The notes: generated from the sequence alone by a model not told the origin. A stretch of DNA of 63,648 bases, filler included, from Octopus bimaculoides (GCF_001194135.2; 8 parts of 7 records of this genome joined end to end with filler, not necessarily neighbours in it), one strand, 5' to 3'; positions 35,162-50,399 are shown, counted from the whole stretch's first letter. Made by a program: numbers and translations.

Positions 35162-36665
35162 ACGGAAAATGTGCAAACATGTATGTACATATGCAAAGGT
35201 ATGTACATAGGTGTATACAGCATGTACTCCTCTATATAGACACACACATGTATATATAAAATAAGAAGTGAGAGGAATAGAGAGAGAGAGAGAGATGCAT
35301 ACATATGTATGTATATACATATATATGTACATATATATTTGTTTGTGTGTGTGTGCGCGTGTGTATGCTGTACAGCTCTTCCATAAGTGTATTTGTGTAT
35401 ACACACATGCATTGAAATATACATACATGCCTACATCCACAAACATATAAATACCTATGTGTGTGTAATTATATTTGCATATTATCAACGATAAGTGTGC
35501 ATTTGTAATACGAGATGAAGGTACGTGTTTAATATAATGATGATCGATTCAGCAAACACATTAGGCAAGTAATAGTCGAGTCATTGTTAGTGTGAAACTG
35601 CGAGGATGCGAGGGAGTTAACAAATGAAGCAGTAAGCAAATGAATGATAACATGATCAAAAACAAGTTAACAGAAGAAATAGAGATAAATACTGAAAGAG
35701 AGAAAATAAGAATGTTTAAGTGCAAGAATGTAGGTAGAGACTTTGGCTTGCTGGTTGAGATATTTCAACTTATATGTGTTGATAGCAAATTTCTGACTCA
35801 ACATCTAACCCGAACCCCACACCACTGTAAGAGGATTTAAGCAACAAGAATAAAAATTGCTGCTAAATAAATGCAATTTCTGCTGTCCGTCCTGTTAAGT
35901 TACAACGAACAGAAAGCTGCATGCCTGGAATACTGGTCGATTGATCGGACTCTACCTTACAGGATTTCCTCATACGACTCACAGGTTAACAGTTTGACCT
36001 GCAAACTGGCGGCCGTCCAAGATGAAGATATCGATGATTGGCTCAATGAAATCAGCTGTTTAGAAAGGTGATACTTTTTCGCCAGCCGGCAAAGCTGTTG
36101 AGAATTCTTACTTTTCTAATCTGTCCAAATAGAAATGGGAAATGGTAATTTCTTAGGCAGTAGTAGCAGCGGTATGCTAGCCAGCTCAGGTTCCGACAAA
36201 AGTTCGACAAAGAAACACCGAGGTTGCTATATTGATATCAGGTACATATAAAATATAAAATATAAAATCAAAGATGGTCTCGGAATGAGTTTAACCGTTA
36301 CACATTTGTCTAAAACGATATCTGTTCAGTGCGAAAGGTAACAAAATGTCGTGATTCAATATATCGAACTGTCTATTGATATAGAGGAGATTTTAGAGTT
36401 CTTCAATAGAGCATACATACATATACGTATATATAGAAATACAAGTATGCATGTTTTATATTTGTATGTATGTGTGCATGTATGTATGTATGTGTGTATA
36501 TATGTATATAGGTAGGTAGGTAGGTACCACAAATAAGCAAAAATAGGTTTAGAAACAGAGCACAGTTTCAAGAAACAGAACGAATCAATAAATGACAATA
36601 AAATCTCACCTGTGAAGAATATTAAGTTAATCGGTGACGGTGCATGAGAGAGAGACACATATGAG

Positions 36666-36713
<48 letters not shown>

Positions 36714-37214
36714 AAGAAAGAAAGAGTGAGAGAGAGAAAGAGTGAGAGAGAGAAAGAAAGAGAGAGAGAAAGAAAACGAGAGAAAGAGAGAAAGGGAGAG
36801 AGAGAACGAGCAAAGACCGCGAGAAATAAAGAAAAATGTGTACAGAGTTTGAAATACATTCGTGATAACAGTCACATATACGCGCACACATACATGTATG
36901 TGTAAATATGTATATTTATTCACACACACACACATACACACACACACACACACACATACGTATGTATGTACAAATGTATGAACCCACAAGTGTGTGTATA
37001 AAAGCATACAAGCCACATTATGAAACAGGCACTATAATACCATAGCACTTTTTCAAATTGCAGTAAACTATATCACTAGTACAAGATACAAATTGACTTT
37101 CTCGTAATTAACCATCACTTCATATATTCAAGGTTATTCATAAACGCTTCATTGCACACAACATGTCATCACACACACATGCATATTTACCAGACATGTA
37201 CCGTCAGTAATTAC

Positions 37215-37592
37215 AAAGGGTAGGCAGTTAGCGATCTTTATATAGTAAAACACAAAAAATAAGTGTAACAGGCGCGCGACTGAGTTGAAGGCAGATCTAT
37301 TTCTGCCTTTATAGCACGTAAAGAAAATGGTGTTGTAGAAATGTACGCAACACGTGTACTACAGTAGTACTATGCGTAGCTTAAATACTGAGATTGAGAA
37401 ACAGGGGCGAATTTTGCCTACCTAATCTACAAAAAAATAAAACATTTTGCATTTTATGCATAGTAATCAGTCTAACCTTCATAATTTTGTTGAATTAGGT
37501 GCATAATTTGCCATGAGAGGAAAATGTTGCTATCGATCTATTTTATTCAAGGTAGGCACTGCCACCTTGCCTACCTAGAAGGCACGTCCCTG
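37215..37592. mobile_element. Possible hAT-type MITE remnant
   Basis: ggtaggca/tgcctacc motifs recur in both orientations and the right end is cacgtccctg; left terminus not found. Confidence 0.3.
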
Positions 37593-37929
37593 ATATTTAT
37601 GTATGTATTTATTTGTACATAATGACTAATATAGACTAAAGTTATGCACATATGCTTTAGGCAAAGATGGAGTTTCAGACTTCCTGGTAATAGAGAATAG
37701 TAGTAGCAGGGCGCTATGTATAGTATACACAAACTCGGACAGAACTAGTTTGGTCTACCCTAAATTACATAAGAGTGCAACGCTGAGAGCGTGAAATAAT
37801 TTGTTAAAATAATCTCTAAGACTACCGATATTTAGTTTTGCAAGGTAAACCTACGGGTGTGGATTGTTATGAAACAGATTTGCAGCCTTTTTGGTGTTGC
37901 GCGTTGATTATAAGCACAAGCGTAGCTAT

Positions 37930-38140
37930 TGGCGTAGCTGTGTGAAAAAAAGTTTGCTTCTCAATCACATTGTTGCGGGTTCAGTCCCACTACGTGACAC
38001 CTTGATCAAGTGTCGTCTAGTATAGCCTCGAGCCGACCAATGATTCATGAGTTGATTTGGCAGACGGAAACTGAAAGAAGCACGTCGTATATATATACAC
38101 CAGCATGACCGCAGCCACTTGGCTGAAACACATAAATAAA
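37930..38140 (+). mobile_element. SINE family B with internal deletion
   Basis: gtagctgtgtg...ttcagtcccactacgtgacaccttgatcaagtgtc...ggaaactgaaagaagc, then jumps to ccagcatgaccgcagcc tail. Confidence 0.75.
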
Positions 38141-38159
38141 TAAATAAATAAATAAATAA

Positions 38160-38211
<52 letters not shown>

Positions 38212-38936
38212 NNNNNNNNNNNNNNNNNNNNNNNNNNNNNNNNNNNNNNNNNNNNNNNNNNNNNNNNNNNNNNNNNNNNNNNNNNNNNNNNNNNNNNNNN
38301 NNNNNNNNNNNNNNNNNNNNNNNNNNNNNNNNNNNNNNNNNNNNNNNNNNNNNNNNNNNNNNNNNNNNNNNNNNNNNNNNNNNNNNNNNNNNNNNNNNNN
38401 NNNNNNNNNNNNNNNNNNNNNNNNNNNNNNNNNNNNNNNNNNNNNNNNNNNNNNNNNNNNNNNNNNNNNNNNNNNNNNNNNNNNNNNNNNNNNNNNNNNN
38501 NNNNNNNNNNNNNNNNNNNNNNNNNNNNNNNNNNNNNNNNNNNNNNNNNNNNNNNNNNNNNNNNNNNNNNNNNNNNNNNNNNNNNNNNNNNNNNNNNNNN
38601 NNNNNNNNNNNNNNNNNNNNNNNNNNNNNNNNNNNNNNNNNNNNNNNNNNNNNNNNNNNNNNNNNNNNNNNNNNNNNNNNNNNNNNNNNNNNNNNNNNNN
38701 NNNNNNNNNNNNNNNNNNNNNNNNNNNNNNNNNNNNNNNNNNNNNNNNNNNNNNNNNNNNNNNNNNNNNNNNNNNNNNNNNNNNNNNNNNNNNNNNNNNN
38801 NNNNNNNNNNNNNNNNNNNNNNNNNNNNNNNNNNNNNNNNNNNNNNNNNNNNNNNNNNNNNNNNNNNNNNNNNNNNNNNNNNNNNNNNNNNNNNNNNNNN
38901 NNNNNNNNNNNNNNNNNNNNNNNNNNNNNNNNNNNN

Positions 38937-38994
<58 letters not shown>

Positions 38995-39899
38995 TGTGTC
39001 TGTGTCTGTGTGTGTCGGGGTGTGTTAAAAAAAAGTGAAGCAGCTGCATCATTTGGTATAGGTTTGCAATATTTAGCAGTTAGATTTGTGGTGTGTTCAC
39101 ATAACATTGACAGTTCTGTCTGTTTTCACTTTTGTTTTCACTATTTTCTGCGTTTGTTGTTAGTTCTTGTTCTTATTGTTTTGTTGTCAGAGTTGTCGTC
39201 GTTTTGTTGTCATCGTTTGTGACGTTGTTGCTATTATTTTTTGTTTTGTTCTTTTGTTTTTTCTTCTTTCTTTTTGCTTCTTCATGTCCATAAGAGAAAC
39301 AACGAGGTGGCGTATGAAGAGATGTATTGAGCAGATAGGAGGAAAAAGGGGGATGAAGTAATGATGGTGTTGAGAGGCTCTGATAGAAGCTTGATTAGTT
39401 GAAAACATAAAGAGGGAAAAAGTAACAGAAATTTGTGACTGTTTCTGTGTATGTGGGAGAGGAGGAGGAGGAGAGAAAGAGGGGGAGAGAGAGCGGGGAG
39501 AGAGGGGAGAGAGAGAGAGAGAGAGAAGATTCAAAGTGAGAGAAAAGTAGAGATTGAGAATGGATTTATGTGATATATATTTCCACATACAGAAACACAG
39601 CACATATACGTATGTATATATATGTATGTATGCATGTATGTATGTATGTATGTATGTATGTAGGTAGGTATGTATGTACAATATGTGTGTACAGTATATG
39701 TACGGTATGTCTGCATGTATGCATGTATGAATGTATGAATGTACGTATGTAGGTAGGTATGTATGTACGTACGTATGTGGGTTTGTGTGTATGTATATGT
39801 ATATCTATACGTAAGTATGTGCATGCATGCGTATATATATATGTGCATGTGTGTGTTTGTGCTTGTGTGTGCGTGCGTGTGTATGTATCTGTATGTGCG

Positions 39900-39959
<60 letters not shown>

Positions 39960-40494
39960 CATACATACATACATATTTCACTTATTTCAGTCATTTGACN
40001 NNNNNNNNNNNNNNNNNNNNNNNNNNNNNNNNNNNNNNNNNNNNNNNNNNNNNNNNNNNNNNNNNNNNNNNNNNNNNNNNNNNNNNNNNNNNNNNNNNNN
40101 NNNNNNNNNNNNNNNNNNNNNNNNNNNNNNNNNNNNNNNNNNNNNNNNNNNNNNNNNNNNNNNNNNNNNNNNNNNNNNNNNNNNNNNNNNNNNNNNNNNN
40201 NNNNNNNNNNNNNNNNNNNNNNNNNNNNNNNNNNNNNNNNNNNNNNNNNNNNNNNNNNNNNNNNNNNNNNNNNNNNNNNNNNNNNNNNNNNNNNNNNNNN
40301 NNNNNNNNNNNNNNNNNNNNNNNNNNNNNNNNNNNNNNNNNNNNNNNNNNNNNNNNNNNNNNNNNNNNNNNNNNNNNNNNNNNNNNNNNNNNNNNNNNNN
40401 NNNNNNNNNNNNNNNNNNNNNNNNNNNNNNNNNNNNNNNNNNNNNNNNNNNNNNNNNNNNNNNNTATATATATATATATATATATATATATAAC

Positions 40495-40544
<50 letters not shown>

Positions 40545-41104
40545 GAAGATCGACAAGCAGTGACAGTGCGATAGAGAGACAGACAGAGAGAGATGTCAAT
40601 AATAAATGAAAAGGGAAGACTAGTGGTTGAAAAAGGAAGATAATGAAAGAAAAGAAAGAGTTACAAACGGATGTAGACTAGGCATGAAAAGCGTTGAAAA
40701 GTACAAATGCAAAAGGAAAGAAAAATATTCACGGAAAATCCAGCGTTTAGTGTGTTTTTGTTAGCGTTTAGTGCATGTATATATGTCTGTCTGTCTTTAT
40801 GTATGTAATGTATGCAAGTATATATGTGTATATATGTGTGTTTATGTGCGTATGTGTGTGAGTGACTAGTTGTGAATATGTGATGGTGCAAGAATTAAGT
40901 GGAAAAATGAAAGACTAACACTGTAATAATTAGAAAAAGGTGATGGGTAAAATACTAAACTAAGAGCTGAGATGCGTAAGTGAAGAATGAGCGAACGTGC
41001 TTTACTCCAAGATTAGAATCAACTGATAAGATGGTGTTCTGGTATGTTCCAGTGCCAAAAATAGATGCGAATCAGAGAAGAGGGAGTGAATGACATGGAA
41101 CAGG

Positions 41105-41117
41105 AGAGAAAAGAGTG

Positions 41118-41206
<89 letters not shown>

Positions 41207-41430
41207 CTGGTGGAGATAGAATGGAAGAGAGAGAGAGAGAAGGAGAGACTGGTGGAGATAGAATGGAAGAGAGAGAGAGAGAGAGAGACCGATGGAGAGA
41301 GAGCAAGAGAGAGAGAGAGACTAGTAGAGAGAGAGCGCAGGAGAGAGAGAGACTGGTGGAAAGAGAGCGAGAGAGAGACTGGTAGAAAGAGAGAGAGAGA
41401 GAGAGAGACTGGGAGAGAGAGAGAGAGACT

Positions 41431-41488
<58 letters not shown>

Positions 41489-41537
41489 AAGAAAGAGAAA
41501 GCGGGAGAAAGACTGGTAGAAAGAGAGAGAGAGAGAG
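41105..41537. repeat. (GA)n tract with embedded gagactggtg(gagatagaatggaa) minisatellite units
   Basis: gagactggtggagatagaatggaagagag occurs twice (about 41203 and 41245); shorter gagact(g/a)g variants recur downstream. Confidence 0.85.
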
Positions 41538-42123
41538 ATAAATTGAGTGATAGAACTTGTTCTTAATCTATATTATCAAATACGGATATTTCAACGGAAA
41601 TCATCACATCTCTCTCCGATCTATCTTTCTATCTTTTCTTTCTTCGTGAGTCTCAGCTTTTAAATTAATCTTTTATAGTTTTTTGTTAAGTCTTGTCTTT
41701 AAATAGCTACGAACTCACAATTTCGTTCTCCTTTACCAAGCCTATTTATTANNNNNNNNNNNNNNNNNNNNNNNNNNNNNNNNNNNNNNNNNNNNNNNNN
41801 NNNNNNNNNNNNNNNNNNNNNNNNNNNNNNNNNNNNNNNNNNNNNNNNNNNNNNNNNNNNNNNNNNNNNNNNNNNNNNNNNNNNNNNNNNNNNNNNNNNN
41901 NNNNNNNNNNNNNNNNNNNNNNNNNNNNNNNNNNNNNNNNNNNNNNNNNNNNNNNNNNNNNNNNNNNNNNNNNNNNNNNNNNNNNNNNNNNNNNNNNNNN
42001 NNNNNNNNNNNNNNNNNNNNNNNNNNNNNNNNNNNNNNNNNNNNNNNNNNNNNNNNNNNNNNNNNNNNNNNNNNNNNNNNNNNNNNNNNNNNNNNNNNNN
42101 NNNNNNNNNNNNNNNNNNNNNNN

Positions 42124-42174
<51 letters not shown>

Positions 42175-42180
<6 letters not shown>

Positions 42181-42330
42181 CGGGCATCTTTCAGGTTTCG
42201 TCTGCGAAACCCACTCACAAGGATTTTGTTGTTCTGGGGGTTACAGTAGAAGATACTTTCCCAATTTGCCACCCAATGGAACTGAACCCAGAGCCACTTG
42301 ATTTGGAAGCAAGCTTCTTAACAGCCTATG
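42175..42330 (-). mobile_element. SINE family B, 5' half, degenerate
   Basis: tacgacgggcatctttcaggtttcgtc...ggaactgaaccc...gcaagcttcttaacagcc. Confidence 0.7.
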
Positions 42331-42835
42331 GATAATCTTTGTTTCACCTACAGCGGGATGCGGCAAAAAGATGTTGAGGATTATTTTTATTATTATTAAT
42401 GCAGAGTTTGTTTTACTCGAATGAGTGCAATAATCTGGGGATTGTAAGGGAGTTAAATGAGCTCGAGAAGGATTAGAAGAGAGTAAAAGAGACAGAACTG
42501 GCGAAAAAAAAAAGCAAAGTTAGTTGAATGGTATCTGAAAGTTTAAGCAAAATAATATACACGACAAAAGAGGAAATGATGTGTTACGCGTGACATTACT
42601 GTAGGGATGACATGCGGTCACTTAGTCACAAGTTAATTATGACAAAGCCCTCTGTGGGAATGGAAGAACAGAGAGGACATTTTTAGCACACTAAGCTATA
42701 GACATTTCTTCATACCGATATGTGATATTCTTTTAGACGACGCTACCGATTCTGCCAACCATAGCCTATCCCTCACTTATATTCAATATTCATGTACCTA
42801 CATATATATTCATACATGTATGTAGCTATATAAAG

Positions 42836-42880
<45 letters not shown>

Positions 42881-43679
42881 TGCATATACATTCATCCATC
42901 CACCTATCCATAGATAAATACATCAATGATACTCACACAATTTATACACAATTTTATTTATCACATTCATTTCATTGACTTTTCTTCCGAAACTGAAAAT
43001 GTTTTGATTTAATGTATGTATGTCTGTGTATGAACGTATGTGCGTACGCCGGTATTTTTGTGAGTCTGTGTGTGTGCATTTGTCAATTTAATAACGAGAG
43101 TCAACTATCCTCTTGATTTACAAAAGTAACATATTATCATGTATGATTTATATGTAAGAAGTTTAAGTCTTCCTGGAGAAAAAAAAAACACACCACAGCC
43201 AGCAACACTAGTTAACGCCGCAAACAGCTTATAGTAATATATATGCTAACATGGACAAACGCCACACCCTTTCCTTTTGTGAGATATAAGATTTGGTAGT
43301 CCATATTGCTCCTCTTCTGCTGCTTTATTGTTGCTCTCGTTTATAACAATCAACCGGTTAAATGTGCGCCACAAGTATGCTAAAGCCCATGTATCAAAGC
43401 AGATTGCATCACTCGCTCAACATGCTAGTAAAGAAATTACTACGAAATCCGCCCCCACCCCCCAACCATGCTCTGCTACCTTTAATAAATAGGACCTCCC
43501 TGTATATGTAAAGAACCCGGATTGGTCCCGACCGCAATGCTTTTGAGTAAAAGATATGCTCGGGGAGGGATGACCTAGGGTTAACACAACCATATCCAGA
43601 TGAATGTTAATTTAGGAAAAAAAAAAAAAAATTAATTGCTCTATTTATCTTTCACTTGTTTCATTTTTTAAAATCTGGT

Positions 43680-43905
43680 ACTTATTCTATCAGTTTCTTT
43701 TGCCGAACTTCTACGTTACAGGAACAGACACACACACACATATATGACGGGCTTCTACATTGTTTCCGCCAGCCAAATTAAATTCATTTACAAGGCATTG
43801 ATCGGCCCTAGAGCTCAAGTTGTGCGCTGTGAGACCGAAATCGAAAACACAGGGTTGCAACTTGCAAAGCGAGCTTCTAAACCACGCACCTAAACCAGCG
43901 CCCGT
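43680..43905 (-). mobile_element. SINE family B, degenerate
   Basis: cttattctatcagtttcttttgccgaac...gacgggcttct...acaaggcattgatcggccc...cttctaaaccac. Confidence 0.65.
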
Positions 43906-44877
43906 ATCTGTATAAAGGAATTTATGAATTTTAATCATAATACGTTTCCACTGTAACTATCACGACTTAAGAAATATTCGTAAGCATTTTAATGATGTAG
44001 TACCCATGTTAATACTGGTATATTGACATATATTTTGCTGGTACATTGAGCCAGAGAAAGACAACATAAGATATCTTACTCGGAGGCTTGTGTATTATTT
44101 ATACAAGGACTTTACTTTATTGATTGGCTCACTCATGGTAAACGAACCAAAGCATTTTAACCGTTCTGCTAATACGTAAGAAGCAATTGAACATTATCTC
44201 TGTCTACCTCTTCCATTATTTGCTTTTTTTTCTCTCTCTCTCTTTATTCCTTTCTCTTCATATTTAAGTGTTTCTCTTTGGTTCTCCTTCTAGAACACTA
44301 TCGCACTAAGTCATACACACTTGTCTCCCTCCTTCTCTCACTCTGCATTTTTTTTTATTATTATTATTTTTCTTAAAGCCAAGTCAGCCGATTCATATAC
44401 ACTGACTTGAGTGCACGTGGATCATTATCTTAAGCGACGTCTACCCAATTTATAACATTACCAATAATCTAATCCTCGGATCAACAGACTCATTTCCTCG
44501 TGAAATATATGATCAACCAAATCCCATCTAAAGGTCATATAATTGTCAAATGTCGTTTTCGCGCTCTCATCGCATCTATAAACACAATGGCATGCTTAAA
44601 TTGCTTCGATATATAAATTACTCTACGGAAGAGTGGAATTGATTTACGGCCAATTGGCAGTGATTCAAGCAGATCCCAGAAAGTTAAACTGGATGAAGCC
44701 AGACAACAATGGGTGACCACTTGTAAAACTCATCAATTGTTTAAAACTTTTTCGTCATATTAGCCTCATTATTATTATTACTATTATTATTATTGTTGTT
44801 ATGTAGTTGGTCTAGTAGTTGCTGTTGTTGTTGTTGTTGCTGTTATTGCCATCATCATAATCCTCATTATTATTATC

Positions 44878-44934
<57 letters not shown>

Positions 44935-44935
<1 letters not shown>

Positions 44936-45110
44936 AGGTGGCGGGCTGGTAGAATCGTTAGCATACCGGACAAACTGCATAGTGACATTTCGCCCGCCTT
45001 TACGTTCTAAGTTCACATTCCACCGCAGTCGACGCTGCCTTTTCGTCATTTCGGAGTGTATAAAAGTAGAATTAGTCAAGTACTGCGGTCGATATAATCG
45101 GCTATTAATC
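44935..45110 (+). mobile_element. SINE family C after a (TAG)n tract
   Basis: aaggtggcgggctggtagaatcgttagcataccgg...gttcacattccaccgcagtcgacgctgcc. Confidence 0.7.
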
Positions 45111-45913
45111 CTTACCGCTTTCTACTGTTGTGGCTAATTTAGAAATGGTTTATTTAAGGCGATGGATTGGTTAAATACTTGACGAATTAGTAGAAGAGTT
45201 TTGCAGTATTCCAATAAAATATTGGAATACTTATTCAAAATTAATAGCATTCTTGTAAGGATCATTTGAAAGGGATTGAGAGTCAGTGAAAATATGTATT
45301 GGGTACGCTCCTTTACGTATTGACTTCAAATTCTGTCGCGGTCGAATTTGTATTTGATCCTTCCACGATCGATACCAGTAAAGAAGTGAGGCCCATACAA
45401 GCGAGTACTACCCACGCCCTTTAATATCTGTGATGTATCAGGAATTACTATGTTTATTGCTCTGCCAAGCTCCATTCTACCTAGTTACGTGTAGGTAAAA
45501 ACCTAGTGGTATAATTCCAGTTGGAAATGGTGGCAGGTCTGTACAATTAATTAATTAGTCCTTGATTAGACTATGGTTAATTGTAAAACCTTCTGTGAGA
45601 ATTTTATGATTCGAGACAGAGAGCTATAATGCAGCTGGCTAATGTAGCCTCAGTAGGTTTCATATAAAACGGTTTTGAGATGTGTTCTTAACGACCTGGC
45701 GTGTTATGGTACTGAAACATTCACGTACGCGCACATTCATCATCAAAGCCAACATACAAAAACAAAAATATACTTGAGGATATGTACGTATGTATGTATG
45801 CATGTATGTATGTACGTGAATGTGAATGAGTGTGTGTATGTATGCGCTTATACATGTGGTTGAGAGTAAAAGTGAAGGAGGAGAATAACTGGAAAAGACG
45901 GAATAAAAAGACT

Positions 45914-45988
<75 letters not shown>

Positions 45989-46039
45989 NNNNNNNNNNNN
46001 NNNGGCCATATTTATACTTAATTACATCGAGCAAAAAAT

Positions 46040-46325
<286 letters not shown>

Positions 46326-46807
46326 ATATTGTAAAAAATAAAATTAAGGAAACCACATATGTCTGTAGAATTGGCAACGATAATTGCAAAATGAAATGGT
46401 GCAACACTTTAAATCAAACGGTCCGTTTGATAAAGAAAGGGAAAGAAATATTAATCATGGTTTTCAAGGATTATTTAGATTGACTGCTCGCGTTAGAGGT
46501 TTTTATAAAAGTCTCCAAAAATTCTTAAATTCACCCGACACAAACTAAAAATTTGTTAAAATTTGTTGTTTATGTTGGAAGATGAGAAATGCTAACTCAA
46601 CAGACACGAAAGACGAACTTGCGTTCAAGTCTTCACCAAGGAATTTATTAAACCCATGGTGATGTATCAACTGGATAAATTTTAAGCAGTCGATTCTATC
46701 AAATAATCATAATTATTAGAAACCCGCTCAGTTATTACATATATGTTTGCATCTGTGTATGTGTGCGTGCGTACGTGCGTGTGTGTGTGTGTGTGTGTGT
46801 ATGTGTG

Positions 46808-46865
<58 letters not shown>

Positions 46866-47230
46866 NNNNNNNNNNNNNNNNNNNNNNNNNNNNNNNNNNN
46901 NNNNNNNNNNNNNNNNNNNNNNNNNNNNNNNNNNNNNNNNNNNNNNNNNNNNNNNNNNNNNNNNNNNNNNNNNNNNNNNNNNNNNNNNNNNNNNNNNNNN
47001 NNNNNNNNNNNNNNNNNNNNNNNNNNNNNNNNNNNNNNNNNNNNNNNNNNNNNNNNNNNNNNNNNNNNNNNNNNNNNNNNNNNNNNNNNNNNNNNNNNNN
47101 NNNNNNNNNNNNNNNNNNNNNNTCTCTTTTCTCCTTCTCCTTTGCTCGTCTGTCGTTTCATCTATCTCATAATGGTACGCAAGCATGCGAATATAATATG
47201 CATATATACGTGAGTATATGTATGTGTACA

Positions 47231-47284
<54 letters not shown>

Positions 47285-47885
47285 TATATATATATATATA
47301 CGTATATGTATATGTACGTATGTATGTATGTATATAAACACATATGTATATATATATAAATATGTATGTACACACACATATATATACATAAACATATATA
47401 CATATACACACATAAACATATACGTATATGTATGTGTGCAAGTGTGTCTATGGTCGTATGTATGCGCGTATTTATTTATGTACACATAATACATTTGGAA
47501 GGACATCATTTTCTTTTGCTGTACATGGTATTTAAGACCACTTAGTTTAGCTCTACATCATTTTGCACTCTGTTGGTAATACACGCATACGCACACACAC
47601 ACACACACTCACATATGTGTCAACTAAATGTTTATCAAAATGCAGCGTTATAGTTCCTGAGTGATGAGAGCAAGGAAAAGAAAAGGATAAAAGAGAAAGG
47701 AGCTACTCATCAACAGTCCTATTCAGATGTATAGGGCTTTGCATCAGACTGCTACTGAAGCGGACAGGCAGTACACACACATACATCGACACTCACACAC
47801 ATCGACATACTTCAACGCATGCATTATCACATTCATACATGCACGTTATCATGCACAGACGCACACGTAATGACAAGATGTGACA

Positions 47886-47938
<53 letters not shown>

Positions 47939-48735
47939 NNNNNNNNNNNNNNNNNNNNNNNNNNNNNNNNNNNNNNNNNNNNNNNNNNNNNNNNNNNNNN
48001 NNNNNNNNNNNNNNNNNNNNNNNNNNNNNNNNNNNNNNNNNNNNNNNNNNNNNNNNNNNNNNNNNNNNNNNNNNNNNNNNNNNNNNNNNNNNNNNNNNNN
48101 NNNNNNNNNNNNNNNNNNNNNNNNNNNNNNNNNNNNNNNNNNNNNNNNNNNNNNNNNNNNNNNNNNNNNNNNNNNNNNNNNNNNNNNNNNNNNNNNNNNN
48201 NNNNNNNNNNNNNNNNNNNNNNNNNNNNNNNNNNNNNNNNNNNNNNNNNNNNNNNNNNNNNNNNNNNNNNNNNNNNNNNNNNNNNNNNNNNNNNNNNNNN
48301 NNNNNNNNNNNNNNNNNNNNNNNNNNNNNNNNNNNNNNNNNNNNNNNNNNNNNNNNNNNNNNNNNNNNNNNNNNNNNNNNNNNNNNNNNNNNNNNNNNNN
48401 NNNNNNNNNNNNNNNNNNNNNNNNNNNNNNNNNNNNNNNNNNNNNNNNNNNNNNNNNNNNNNNNNNNNNNNNNNNNNNNNNNNNNNNNNNNNNNNNNNNN
48501 NNNNNNNNNNNNNNNNNNNNNNNNNNNNNNNNNNNNNNNNNNNNNNNNNNNNNNNNNNNNNNNNNNNNNNNNNNNNNNNNNNNNNNNNNNNNNNNNNNNN
48601 NNNNNNNNNNNNNNNNNNNNNNNNNNNNNNNNNNNNNNNNNNNNNNNNNNNNNNNNNNNNNNNNNNNNNNNNNNNNNNNNNNNNNNNNNNNNNNNNNNNN
48701 NNNNNNNNNNNNNNNNNNNNNNNNNNNNNNNNNNN

Positions 48736-48774
<39 letters not shown>

Positions 48775-49149
48775 AGTTAGCTATCTCTCTCTAGATATAT
48801 ATACATAATGATCATGCTTTTAATATGCTTATACATTTCTCATAATTCATTGAATTTCGTACATACACACATACCCACGTACATACATGAATACGTACAT
48901 ACATGCAAACATGCATAAATACATACATGCATACATACATACATAGTTTCGCTTCAAGAGTTTTCGCATTTTGCCTCAGTTAGGGATATGTAAATACATA
49001 TATGTATACATATACGCATGCGTAGTTACATCCGTACATATATATTCGTAGATGCGTGTGTATCAATCTCTCTCCTTTTTTCTCTCTCTCTCCTTCTTTG
49101 TGTGTGTCTCTCTCTCACTTTTCTCTCTGTCAGTCTGTGATGCGTACCG

Positions 49150-49300
49150 CCTTAATTCTTCGAAACGCCGGGGTTTTAATGGTGGCAGCTGATGAAGGAG
49201 ATGTTTCTATGTGGCCTTCTTGTTTGTTGCACCTTGTTTACCATTTTGTCCATGTTCTTTTGCCACGTCATGTACCCAGTTATGTATCTATATGTACATG
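49150..49300 (+). repeat. Dispersed repeat, homologous to 61045-61200
   Basis: cttcgaaacgccgg...gctgatgaagg...ctatgtggc...tgtacccag shared by both copies. Confidence 0.7.
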
Positions 49301-49480
49301 TGGATGAAGGTATATACATACATGTACATATATATGCATATACTCATATATTGTTTATATATATATGTATGTATATATATNNNNNNNNNNNNNNNNNNNN
49401 NNNNNNNNNNNNNNNNNNNNNNNNTTAATTAATTAANNNNNNNNNNNNNNNNNNNNNNNNNNNNNNNNNNNNNNNNNNNN

Positions 49481-49512
<32 letters not shown>

Positions 49513-50134
49513 TATGTATATATGGTTATATGTATACACACAGACACACGCACATATATATCTACATAATTGTATGTATCTGTTTTGATAAAGATACATA
49601 CAATATTCTACGCAAATACATTCATATATATGCATATATTTTCCTTATTATTTGCCCTTAAACAGTTGATTGCTACTCCATACACACACAGAAAGCTACA
49701 TACATACAAACACACACACACACTTACGCATACACAAACACACTCGCATATACATACGTATGTATATTAAATATATTGTGCATTGACTAATAGATACAGT
49801 CTCTTGGACGAATAACAATGGAGATCGTGCGGAAGTATGTAAGCAAAGTACACGCGCGCATGTGCGCACAGATATAGTCTGTTAAAGTTGACAGTCTTTC
49901 CACTATCTCGATTTTCTCGGTAAAGGGGCAATTTTAAAGTGGTGTAGCATCTAATCACTTATAAAATTCATGTCTGCCTTGATATGCCATCTCTTAATCT
50001 TTTATGTGCAATAACATAACCACATGTTTACTCCAGTGGACGTATTGAATAGATATTGCTTTTTTAATGTATTCGAACAATTGTTTGCACATACATGTAA
50101 TACACACACACACACGCACACACACACACACAAA

Positions 50135-50196
<62 letters not shown>

Positions 50197-50399
50197 TACA
50201 CACAAACGCACTCACACACACACACACAAGCATACAAATAGGTGTGTTGATGCAAACAGGAAAACAGAATTCAAAATATGAGTATATTTTATTAATATAA
50301 GCAGAAGCGACAAATTGACTCCAGGTACGAGAGTTTTATAAGTTTGGCAGTTGAGCGCCAACGCATGAGACTCTCGGACCTTGAGTCAATCTGTTACTT

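Noticed and set aside
43490-43590. Structured-looking segment (cccga/tcggg, ctttt/aaaag, ggacc/ggtcc) tested as an HDV-like ribozyme
   Set aside because: The candidate P1 is not followed by the GG needed for P1.1, and no consistent nested double pseudoknot could be built by hand.
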